From contig CAVZYM010000004.1 in NCBI GenBank assembly GCA_963779495.1, forward strand, positions 735,205 to 799,204: a stretch of DNA of 64,000 nucleotides, in the 5' to 3' direction. A program made the translations under genes and the position numbers. A model generated the notes under the pieces. It searched no databases, was not told the DNA's origin, and saw nothing but the letters and a program-made list of their open reading frames with translations. Below, one piece after another: positions 9,429 through 17,161 of this stretch (position 1 is its first letter; each line of letters begins with the position of its first letter). Source of the DNA: an uncultured Pseudomonadota bacterium. GTDB lineage: Bacteria; Myxococcota_A; Polyangia; Fen-1088.

Positions 9429-10388
9429 TCAGGCGCGCTGGCGCAGGTAGTCGCGCGGGGTCGCATGGCGCAGCGCGCGGAACACGCGGTGAAACTGGGC
9501 GTAGCTTCCGAACCCGGCGGCCAGAGCCGCTTCCAGCAGGTTGGTGCGCCCGCGGTCGAGCAGGACCATGAAACGATCCAGCCGCAGGCGGTTGCGGTAC
9601 TCGACCAGCGACATCCCCATCTCGGCTTTGAACACGCGCGCGAGTCGGCTGAGGCTGATGTCGAGCTTGCCGGCGATCTGCTTGCCGCCCATCCCGGGAT
9701 CCTTGGCGAGCATCGCCACCGCCGCTGTGACCAGGCGGTGGCCCGGCGACTCCGAGGCCGGCGCCGGGCTTCGCCCCATCGCGCCCCGCACGGGATCGAG
9801 GATCGTTCCCAGCAGCGAACAGAGGATCGCCGCGTGCGCCTGCTTGGCCTCGTCGACCGGCGCACCGCTGATGGCGGTGTCGTTGAACATCATCCCCAGC
9901 GACGTGCGCGCCGAACGGATCGGCGTGCAGGCGACCCAGCCCCGTCCTCCGACCAGCGTCTCCCCCGGCCGGTGCTCGACGATCGGGCAGTTCTCGAACA
10001 CCGTGAAGTGGGCTCCCTCCTCCTCCGCGCGCTTGAACGCTTCGCGGTCGGTGGGGCAGACCTCGTACATGATGTTGTGCTCGTCGACGATCTCACCGTG
10101 GAGGTCGGTGCCCCAGGTCCCGAGCATCAGGTTGCGCGCCCGATCGAGCATGAACAGCCCGACGCGTTCGAGCCCGATCCGTTCGCGTGCCAGCGCCACC
10201 GCGCGTTGCAGGACCCGTTCCGGATCGTCGATCGCCAGGAGCTCGTCAAACGCCGACAGCAGGTCGGCCAAATTCCCCTTCTCGGTACGGTCCAGCACAC
10301 GCGGCACCGGAGCCTGGGGGCCGAGAATTACTGACCAATCGACGCGTCTTCGCCGGGTCACGTGGGTGACCTTATCACTGGGGTCCAA
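9429..10388 (-). CDS. GAF-domain / AraC-family HTH transcriptional regulator
   Basis: 319-aa intact ORF. The N-terminal half is GAF-like (LERVGLFMLD...WVACTPI). The C-terminus is a classic AraC HTH (IAGKLDISLSRLARVFK...AALAAGFGSYAQFHRVFRA). Confidence 0.85.
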   Translation of the reverse strand: MDPSDKVTHVTRRRRVDWSVILGPQAPVPRVLDRTEKGNLADLLSAFDELLAIDDPERVLQRAVALARERIGLERVGLFMLDRARNLMLGTWGTDLHGEIVDEHNIMYEVCPTDREAFKRAEEEGAHFTVFENCPIVEHRPGETLVGGRGWVACTPIRSARTSLGMMFNDTAISGAPVDEAKQAHAAILCSLLGTILDPVRGAMGRSPAPASESPGHRLVTAAVAMLAKDPGMGGKQIAGKLDISLSRLARVFKAEMGMSLVEYRNRLRLDRFMVLLDRGRTNLLEAALAAGFGSYAQFHRVFRALRHATPRDYLRQRA

Positions 10389-10467
10389 CCCCCTCCGGGA
10401 GGGCCCATATGCCCGGACTGATCACTTTCATGATCCGGCCGATGCGACCGGCGCCGCCGGTATAACG

Positions 10468-10503
10468 CGCCACATTTGAGAGAAATTACGCCACAAATAG
10501 TAT
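10468..10503 (-). promoter_or_regulatory. Shared upstream motif, AraC-regulator copy (CGCCACATTT, AGAGAAATTACGCC, CGCCACAAATAGTAT)
   Basis: AT-rich island about 100 nt upstream of start 10388. It carries two CGCCACA(A/T)(A/T)T cores and the AGAGAAATT(A/G)CGCC box that also occurs upstream of the porin gene. Confidence 0.3.
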
Positions 10504-10699
10504 GACGAATATCGGCGCCTCGCGACCCTTTCTACACCGCGTCCTGCGGCGAGACGGTCGCAACCCCTCCTGCCGGACGGTGGCGCGAGCGCCTCGACCG
10601 GGATTTTTGGCGCCGTCCTTCCGAGGACTTTCCCGTCTCGGTGAACGGCAGGGAGCCGAGCTGCCAGCGCGCCGCACGCCGACGCGGCCGGGGGATGCG

Positions 10700-12067
10700 T
10701 TAGTAGATGTAGACCTGCCACTGCAGGCTGAACACGTTGAAGTCGTGCGGTGCCCCGGCGCGGTGCGCGCGGGTGAAGAAAGCCTTGAGGTTCGAGTTGT
10801 GTCCGTAGGGCCAGAACGCCAGCCCGCCGCCGTAGCGATCCTCGCTGGGGTTGGCGGGGTTGGGAACGTTGCCCGTCATCGTCGTATCGGGATTGGGAAT
10901 CAGCGGCGCGACGAGGCGCTCGATGCGCACGATCGGGCTCAGCATGAGCGGTCCGATGAGATAGCCCACCTCGCCCATGTACACCGTCGCGCTGGGGAGG
11001 TTGATGAACGTCCCGCCGTCCCAGTGAACGATGTCGGCCTGCGCGGTGAGAATTCCGGGACCAAGGGGCAGGTCGACGAGGACGTCGCCGCCAAAATACT
11101 TGTACTTGTCCTGGAAGTCGTAGAAGCCGCCGATCGAGAGGACCTTCCTCGTCCCGTGATACGTGCCCTGGTAGAAGAACCCGGGCTCGGCGTCGAGGAT
11201 GTTGATCTGGAGCCGCCCCGCCACCCGGAACATGTTGAGCCCGCCGACCACGGCGTCCGTCATGGTGGACTGCGGAACCGCGCCATTTCGGCGTCCCTGG
11301 TACGCGCCGACGCGAGCGTCGATGTGCCCGTTCAGCAGGAGCAACCGCAGCTGAACGCCCGCGTCCCGGCCGGCCGGGCTCTGCCCGCTGCTCCGGAACG
11401 GGTCGGCGTTGCCGGTGATGTTGCGGCGGAAGCTGTTGACGAAGTAGTCGTTGCCGTAAAGCTTCGCCGCGCTCTCGAGGCTGTTGTGGGAGAGCGGCGG
11501 CAGCATGAACCCGGCGTCGATCTTGACCAGGTCCCCGAGCGGCCTGTACGTCGCAAACGCGTCCTGGACGTTCAGACCTGGTGCGTTCTTGTCGAACGCC
11601 ATCGTGTCCGCGGGATCCAGCTTGAACAGGTTCGGCCAGTCGACATCGAAGAAGACGTCGAAGACCTTGAACACCGTGCCGCTGACGATCAGCCGGATCC
11701 GGCGCACGAACAGGTTCTTCGTCGTCTTCTCGGCGTCGGGCGCGCCCGCGATCTCGAGCTGCGGCTGGGCGAGGAGACCGAACTGGAGAGTGGCGTTCGG
11801 GCTCTCGATCCGCAGCGGAGCCGCGGGCGCCGGGATGTACGGCGACACCATCTCAGGTGTCACCTCGCCCACGGCGGGCGGAGGCGCGGGCGGTAGCGGC
11901 TCCGCGGGCTGGGCCGGTGCTTCAGCCTCGGCCGACTTGGTCGACTTGGCCGGCTTGGCCTTTTCGTCTGCCTGTTCGTCGCCCGAGTCGGTCTGCGCGG
12001 ACGCGGACAAACAAGGGAGCGACAGCGCGATGACGGCGAGCGCGGCTGAACCGAGTCTCAGTTTCAT
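10700..12067 (-). CDS. Outer-membrane porin-like beta-barrel protein
   Basis: ATG at 12067 gives signal peptide MKLRLGSAALAVIALSLPCLSASAQ (the track ORF extends to a TTG at 12079). There is an acidic/Pro-rich linker, then alternating beta-strand pattern and a C-terminal aromatic residue (QWQVYIY). Confidence 0.7.
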   Translation of the reverse strand: MKLRLGSAALAVIALSLPCLSASAQTDSGDEQADEKAKPAKSTKSAEAEAPAQPAEPLPPAPPPAVGEVTPEMVSPYIPAPAAPLRIESPNATLQFGLLAQPQLEIAGAPDAEKTTKNLFVRRIRLIVSGTVFKVFDVFFDVDWPNLFKLDPADTMAFDKNAPGLNVQDAFATYRPLGDLVKIDAGFMLPPLSHNSLESAAKLYGNDYFVNSFRRNITGNADPFRSSGQSPAGRDAGVQLRLLLLNGHIDARVGAYQGRRNGAVPQSTMTDAVVGGLNMFRVAGRLQINILDAEPGFFYQGTYHGTRKVLSIGGFYDFQDKYKYFGGDVLVDLPLGPGILTAQADIVHWDGGTFINLPSATVYMGEVGYLIGPLMLSPIVRIERLVAPLIPNPDTTMTGNVPNPANPSEDRYGGGLAFWPYGHNSNLKAFFTRAHRAGAPHDFNVFSLQWQVYIY

Positions 12068-12103
12068 CGCGCGGAACAATCGACGAATCCGCGCTGGTTT
12101 TCC

Positions 12104-12127
12104 AGAGAAATTGCGCCGTCACACAAG
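12104..12127 (-). promoter_or_regulatory. Shared upstream motif, porin copy (AGAGAAATTGCGCC + GTCACACAAG)
   Basis: 13 of 14 nt identical to AGAGAAATTACGCC at 10479-10492. It lies 37 nt upstream of the porin ATG. Confidence 0.3.
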
Positions 12128-12167
12128 CAACGAGCCATTTCCTTTTGCGTGCTACGCAGCCACGACC

Positions 12168-13700
12168 TCATCGCTCGATCGAGCGCTTCTTCGCTCGTCG
12201 TCGACCGAGAACGATAGCGACGACGCCGAACAGGCCGAACGCGTTCAGCGCGCCCGCTCCGTCGGACACCGCGCAAGAGCATCCGGGCGTCGAGGGTCCG
12301 GGATCGACCGGGGTCGACCCCGCCGCTCCGGTGGTGCCGATGCTGCCTGCAACGCCGCTGGGGTCGGAGCCACCGGTGCCGGCTCCCGTGGTGCCAGCCT
12401 CTCCGCTGCCGGTGGTGCCGGCCGCTCCGCTGCCGTCCCCTGCCGCCCCGCTGGTGCTGCCGGCGACGCCCGTCGGGTTGCTCCCAGCGCTGCCGGTGGT
12501 GCCGGCGACGCCCGTCGGGTTGCTCCCGGCGCTGCCGGTGGTGCCGGCGACGCCCGTCGGGTTGCTCCCGGCGCTGCCGGTGGTGCCGGCGACGCCCGTC
12601 GAGCCGCCACGGCCGGTGCTGCCGGCCGCGCCGGTGCTGCCGCCCGCGCCGGTGCCGCTGCCGCCCGAGCCGCCGGTGCCCGGCGATCCGCAGCCCGCGG
12701 CCTGCGGATCGGTCGCCGCGAACGGCGTCGTATCGAGATTGAAGAACGGAAGGGGGTACTGGCCGTTCATGTTCGCGTCCGGACCGTGCGGGCCGCTGGG
12801 CTGATCAAACGCGTCGAGGACCACGATCCCGCAGGAGTCCTTCCACTGCCGGCGATTGTAGTTCTTGCCGCCGATCGACACGGTGCCGGTCGTCGTCGGG
12901 GCCGTGGGAAGCCCCAGCACGTTGGTCCATTGCTTAACGGCTTCACCGTAGTTGGTGTAGTTGATGATGCTGTCCGCCGACCCGTGCCAGAGCTGGATCC
13001 GGGGACGAAATCCGGTGTAGCCGGGGTACATCGCGCGGGCGATGTCGCCCCACTCCTGCGCGGTGTGCGTGACCTGGCCGTTCGCGCACGGCGAGCTCCA
13101 CTGACCGTCGGGGTTGTTGAGGGACCAGCAGCCCGCCGGCACCCCCGCGAACTCGGCGCCGGCCTTGAAGACGTCGGGATAGACCGCGAGCAGGGCCTGC
13201 GTCACCATGGCGCCCGACGAGGCGCCCATCACGTAGACGCGATTGGCGTTCGCGCTGTGCTTCGTGATCGCGTACTTGACCTGGTCGACGATGGCCCGCG
13301 TGTCGTTGTTGGTGCCGTTGTGCGTGAGGGACGGCGTGGTCGCGACGTCCCAGCAGTTCCGGGAGGTCTGCGGAACGACCAGGAGGATCTTCTTCTGGTC
13401 GGCCTGCGTGATGATCCCGCCCGCCTGCGCCTCTCCGAAGATGCCCTGCGCGTTTCCGCTGCAGTAGTGGACGAGCACGATGACCGGCGCGTTCGCGGGG
13501 AGGCCATCGGGCACGTACTCGTACGCCGATACCCAGCTGGGCTCCGTGCCCACCTTCCACGCGGTCCCCGCGGAGACCAACGACGCGGCCGACGCGGGCG
13601 CGCTCGCGAAGAGTCCCGCGCAGAGAGCGAGGGGCGCGGCGCAGAGCCACGCGAGTCGGGAAGCCAGCGCTCTGCGGAAGCCGTTATTGCTTTGAAACAC
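12168..13700 (-). CDS. PHB-depolymerase-family (CE1-type) esterase with Gly/Thr-rich repeat linker and MYXO-CTERM-like sorting tail
   Basis: 510-aa intact ORF with a signal peptide. Esterase motifs are VIVLVHYCSGN, VYVMGASSGAM (nucleophile elbow) and LWHGSADS. The C-terminus PGCSCAVSDGAGALNAFGLFGVVAIVLGRRRAKKR has the Cys motif, TM helix and basic tail. Confidence 0.85.
   Translation of the reverse strand: MFQSNNGFRRALASRLAWLCAAPLALCAGLFASAPASAASLVSAGTAWKVGTEPSWVSAYEYVPDGLPANAPVIVLVHYCSGNAQGIFGEAQAGGIITQADQKKILLVVPQTSRNCWDVATTPSLTHNGTNNDTRAIVDQVKYAITKHSANANRVYVMGASSGAMVTQALLAVYPDVFKAGAEFAGVPAGCWSLNNPDGQWSSPCANGQVTHTAQEWGDIARAMYPGYTGFRPRIQLWHGSADSIINYTNYGEAVKQWTNVLGLPTAPTTTGTVSIGGKNYNRRQWKDSCGIVVLDAFDQPSGPHGPDANMNGQYPLPFFNLDTTPFAATDPQAAGCGSPGTGGSGGSGTGAGGSTGAAGSTGRGGSTGVAGTTGSAGSNPTGVAGTTGSAGSNPTGVAGTTGSAGSNPTGVAGSTSGAAGDGSGAAGTTGSGEAGTTGAGTGGSDPSGVAGSIGTTGAAGSTPVDPGPSTPGCSCAVSDGAGALNAFGLFGVVAIVLGRRRAKKRSIER
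12459..12600. repeat. 42-bp tandem repeat, about 3.4 copies, inside the esterase linker
   Basis: Unit gccggcgacgcccgtcgggttgctccc(a/g)gcgctgccggtggt begins at 12459, 12501, 12543 and 12585 (partial). It encodes GVAGTTGSAGSNPT x3 on the minus strand. Confidence 0.9.
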
Positions 13701-13858
13701 GCGTCGCCTTTCCGTGAGGGGGAGGATCTTCGCCCTGAGTCCCGGGGTCAGGAAGCGATCGGGCCGCCGTGGGGTTGCTGGGCGAATTGCGAGCCAGATC
13801 GGGGTATCGGCGGAACTCTATATGGGAAATTCCCGACCAGTGAGAGCGGATCACACCG

Positions 13859-13873
13859 CGCCACAAATGATAT
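13859..13873 (-). promoter_or_regulatory. Shared upstream motif, esterase copy (CGCCACAAATGATAT)
   Basis: Lies 159 nt upstream of start 13700 in an AT-richer intergenic patch. It is 13 of 15 nt identical to the MFS copy. Confidence 0.3.
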
Positions 13874-13921
13874 CGCGTCGGTAGAGAAACGCGAAGAGCC
13901 CCAGATCAGAAGATCAGCGCG

Positions 13922-15541
13922 TCACAGCGTGCTGATACGGTGGTCGCGCGTCTCGCGGATGAACAGCATCCCGATCACGAAGGTGATCCCCGCGACGATC
14001 ACCGGGTACCAGAGGCCCGCGAAGATGTTGCCGTTCGCGGCCACCAGGGCCGCGGACATCAGCGGCAGCATGCCGCCGAACCAGCCGTTTCCGATGTGGT
14101 ACGGCAACGACATCGACGTGTAGCGGATGCGCGCCGGGAACAGCTCGACCAGGAACGCGGCGATCGGTCCGTAGACCATCGTCACGTAGACCAGCTGGAT
14201 GAACACCAGCAGGATCAACATCCCCACGTTCACGTCGGACTCGTTCGCGGTGGCCGGATAGCCCGCGGCCTTGAGCGCCGCGGCCAGCTTGGGCTCGTCG
14301 AAACCGGTGATGAGCACGTCGTTGATGTGCGTCTCGGCCCTCGCCCCCGCCACGGCCGGCGGCGTGGTCTGGAACGACAGGCTGCGCTTCGAGAGGAAGT
14401 CCTGCACCTTGTCGCACTCGCTGTAGACCGTCTTCGGGTTCGGGAACAGGTGCATCTGGCAGTTGTCGGCGGACAACGACACCTTCGTGTTGGCCGCGAA
14501 CGTCTCGAGCGCCGGGTTCCCGTAGTGGGTCATGGCCCGATAGATCGGGAAGTAGGTGATGGCGCCCAGCAGGCAGCCGGCCATCATGATCTTCTTGCGG
14601 CCGATCTTGTCGGACAGCCAGCCGAAGAAGACGAACAGCCCCGTCCCCAGCGCCAGCGAGACGCCGACAATCAGATAGGCCGTCTTCCACTGAATCTTCA
14701 GCGTCCCGGTCAGGAAGAACAGCGCGTAGAACTGGCCCGTGTACCAGACGACGCCCTGCCCGGCCGCGGCGCCGAACAGCGCCAGGAGGACGATCTTCAG
14801 GTTCGACCAGTTTCCGAAGCGTCGCTGAGCGGCGCCTTGCTCCCCTTGCCCTGGCTCTTCATCTCGAGGAACACCGGCGACTCGTTCAGCATCAGCCGGA
14901 TGTAGATCGAGATCACCAGCAGGATGAGGGAGAGCAGGAACGGGATCCGCCAGCCCCACTGTTTGAAGGTCGCCTCCGTCCATCCCCAGCCGGCACCCGC
15001 AGATGACGACCAGCGACAGGAAGAAGCCCAGCGTCGCGGTGGTCTGGATCCAGCTCGTGTGCAGGCCGCGCTTCGAATCGGGGGCGTGCTCCGCGACATA
15101 GGTCGCGGCGCCGCCGTACTCGCCGCCCAGCGCCAACCCCTGCGCCAGCCGCAGCAGCACCAGGATGGTCGGCGACAGCATCCCGATCTTTGCGTAGGTC
15201 GGCAACAAACCGACCGCCGCCGTCGCCAGGCCCATGACCATGATGGTCACGAGGAAGGTGTACTTGCGCCCAACCAGATCGCCGATGCGCCCGAACACCA
15301 GCGCGCCGAACGGCCGCACCAGGAACCCGGCTGCGTAGGTCGCGAAGCTGGCCAGCAACGCCGCGGTGGCGTTGCCGGACGGAAAGAACAGCGTGGCGAA
15401 GAACGGCGCCAGCGTTGCGTAGATGTAGAAGTCGTACCACTCGAACACCGTCCCCAGCGACGACGCGAAAATGACTTTTCGAATCGCCGATGAGCTGAGC
15501 GCGGTGGTGGGTGCCGTGCCGGCTGCGCTGGTCGTCGTCAT
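13922..15541 (-). CDS. MFS transporter, metabolite:H+ symporter (MHS) type, with an internal out-of-frame segment
   Basis: Start at MTTTSAAG. Motifs FEWYDFYIY, RPFGALVFGRIGDLVGRK, LAQGLALGGEYGGAATYVAEH. Between about 14820 and 14995 the open frame reads nonsense, while the alternative frame (ORF 14797-15099) carries the expected GWTEATFKQWGWRIPFLLSLILLVISIYIRLMLNESPVF. Confidence 0.85.
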   Translation of the reverse strand: MTTTSAAGTAPTTALSSSAIRKVIFASSLGTVFEWYDFYIYATLAPFFATLFFPSGNATAALLASFATYAAGFLVRPFGALVFGRIGDLVGRKYTFLVTIMVMGLATAAVGLLPTYAKIGMLSPTILVLLRLAQGLALGGEYGGAATYVAEHAPDSKRGLHTSWIQTTATLGFFLSLVVICGCRLGMDGGDLQTVGLADPVPALPHPAGDLDLHPADAERVAGVPRDEEPGQGEQGAAQRRFGNWSNLKIVLLALFGAAAGQGVVWYTGQFYALFFLTGTLKIQWKTAYLIVGVSLALGTGLFVFFGWLSDKIGRKKIMMAGCLLGAITYFPIYRAMTHYGNPALETFAANTKVSLSADNCQMHLFPNPKTVYSECDKVQDFLSKRSLSFQTTPPAVAGARAETHINDVLITGFDEPKLAAALKAAGYPATANESDVNVGMLILLVFIQLVYVTMVYGPIAAFLVELFPARIRYTSMSLPYHIGNGWFGGMLPLMSAALVAANGNIFAGLWYPVIVAGITFVIGMLFIRETRDHRISTL

Positions 15542-15615
15542 GTATGAGCTCTCCTCTGCTCCGCCAGTGCAGTTGCCACCGCACGTGATCACCTGGCTAG
15601 CACTGAAATGAAAGT

Positions 15616-15630
15616 CGCCACAATTGATAA
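15616..15630 (-). promoter_or_regulatory. Shared upstream motif, MFS copy (CGCCACAATTGATAA)
   Basis: Lies 75 nt upstream of start 15541 in an AT-rich intergenic patch. Confidence 0.3.
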
Positions 15631-15807
15631 ATGACTCGCAAGTAATGCTAAGAGACCCGTTCGGGCGAGAGGGAGCTCTCCGACCTCTCCGACAGCGCGC
15701 TGGACGGATGCGACCCGCGTCGGTTCGCGCCGCGAGCGGCTACCGAAGGCTCAGCCGCATGGTCGCGGCGTCGCGATCAGCGGCCGCCACCGTTTGTTGA
15801 CGAGGCG

Positions 15808-17123
15808 CTACGGCGCGGTTGGTGGCAAGGTGTCGTCGTCGTCCGGGGGCGGCGCGCCGCGCACCATCGATCGCGGCGGCGGCGCTCGATGGTGCTGGGA
15901 CGCGCGCTTGCGCGCCGCCACCGCCCGCGGGCGCGCGGGCGCCGCGACCTCCGATGTTGCCGTCTCCCCCGCAGAGCCGGGTACGGCCGCGGGCGCTTCA
16001 TCCGCGCCCGGAAGACCGGCATCCGTCCGATCGGTCTCAGGCGGCGTCGGCAGCGGCGTCGTCGGCGCGGACGGTCCGCCGGCCGCCGGCCGCGAGAACG
16101 ACCTGCGCGAGAACGACATGCGCGAGAACGACATGCGCGACTCGGCATCACCGAAGTACAGCACCGCCGCCACGGTGGCCACGACGCCGACGCCGATCGC
16201 CCATCCGTGACCGCGAGGTCGCGGTCCGCCGCGGGTCGTGCCGGGCACGAGGATCTCGCCGGCCGGGTAGACCGGTGTCGCCAGCGGCAGACGCGTCTCC
16301 TGCCCTGCCGCCCGCAACGCCGCGGCCAGCTCGATCACCGATGGAAACCGGCGCGACCTCGACTTCGCGAAGCCACGCGCCAGGACAGCGTCTACGGCAG
16401 AGCTGACGCCCGTCGGCGGCGGGTCTTTGGCCGCCACCTTGGCGAACGTTTCGGCCAGACTGTCGCCCTGGAACGGATTGCGCCCGGTCAGGAGCTCGTA
16501 GGCGATGACCGCCAGCGCGAACTGGTCCGTCGTCCCCGCGATCTCGCCCCCGCCCTCGACCTGCTCGGGCGACATGTATTGCGGCGTTCCGCAAAGCTCC
16601 CGATCGATGATCCGGATTGTCGAGCCCGACTTCGAGATCCCGAAGTCCAGGATCTTGACCAGCTCCGCTTGCCGGCCCTCGACCGGCACCAGGAACACAT
16701 TGTCGGGTTTCAGATCGCGGTGGACGATGCCGTGGGCGTGGGCGGCGGCCAGTCCCGCCGCGATCTGATCGACGATCTCGACCACCACCGGCAGCGGCAG
16801 GCGGCCGAACCGCGCCAGCCGTTGGGCCAGGCTCTCGCCGCACACAGGAACTCCATCACCAGATAGGCCGTTCCGTCGGCCGTGGTGTTGTGGTCAATCA
16901 CCTGAACCACATTGGGGTGCTGCAGCGACGAGGTGATCCGCGCCTCGCGATCGAACCGCGTCTGCGCGTCCAGGCTGTCGTTCAGGTTCTGCAGCAGCAC
17001 CTTTATGGCGTAGCGGCCCGCAAGCCGGGCGTGCGTGGCCTCGTAGACCACGCCCATGCCCCCCTCACCGACCAGCCGCAACAGACGGTAGGTACCGTCC
17101 AGAACCTGCCCCTCCGCGATCAC
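15808..17123 (-). pseudogene. Eukaryotic-like Ser/Thr protein kinase with TM segment and Pro-rich tail, one frameshift near 16850
   Basis: GTG 17123 gives VIAEGQVLDGTYRLLRLVGEGGMGVVYEA...YAIKVL (frame of ORF 16710-17327). It continues in ORF 15808-16845 with HRDLKPDNVF, DFGISK, GTPQYMSPEQ and the TM segment WAIGVGVVATVAAVLYF. Confidence 0.85.
16094..16138. repeat. 15-bp tandem repeat x3 inside the kinase gene
   Basis: gagaacgac(c/a)tgcgc x3, encoding SRMSF SRMSF SRRSF just after the TM helix. Confidence 0.9.
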
Positions 17124-17161
17124 GGCTTCTCCCGCTGGCGAGTCCTTTCGCCTACGGGAAC

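Noticed and set aside
12459-12600. Regularly spaced direct repeats that could suggest a CRISPR array. The same applies to 44270-44505.
   Set aside because: The units are contiguous with no unique spacers, have periods that are multiples of 3 (42 and 45 nt), and lie inside ORFs encoding Gly-rich linkers. No cas genes are present.
13684-13866. A 60-aa minus-strand ORF in the esterase/MFS intergenic region.
   Set aside because: It overlaps the putative promoter and motif region, has no start context or motif, and lacks the GC3 bias of neighbouring genes.
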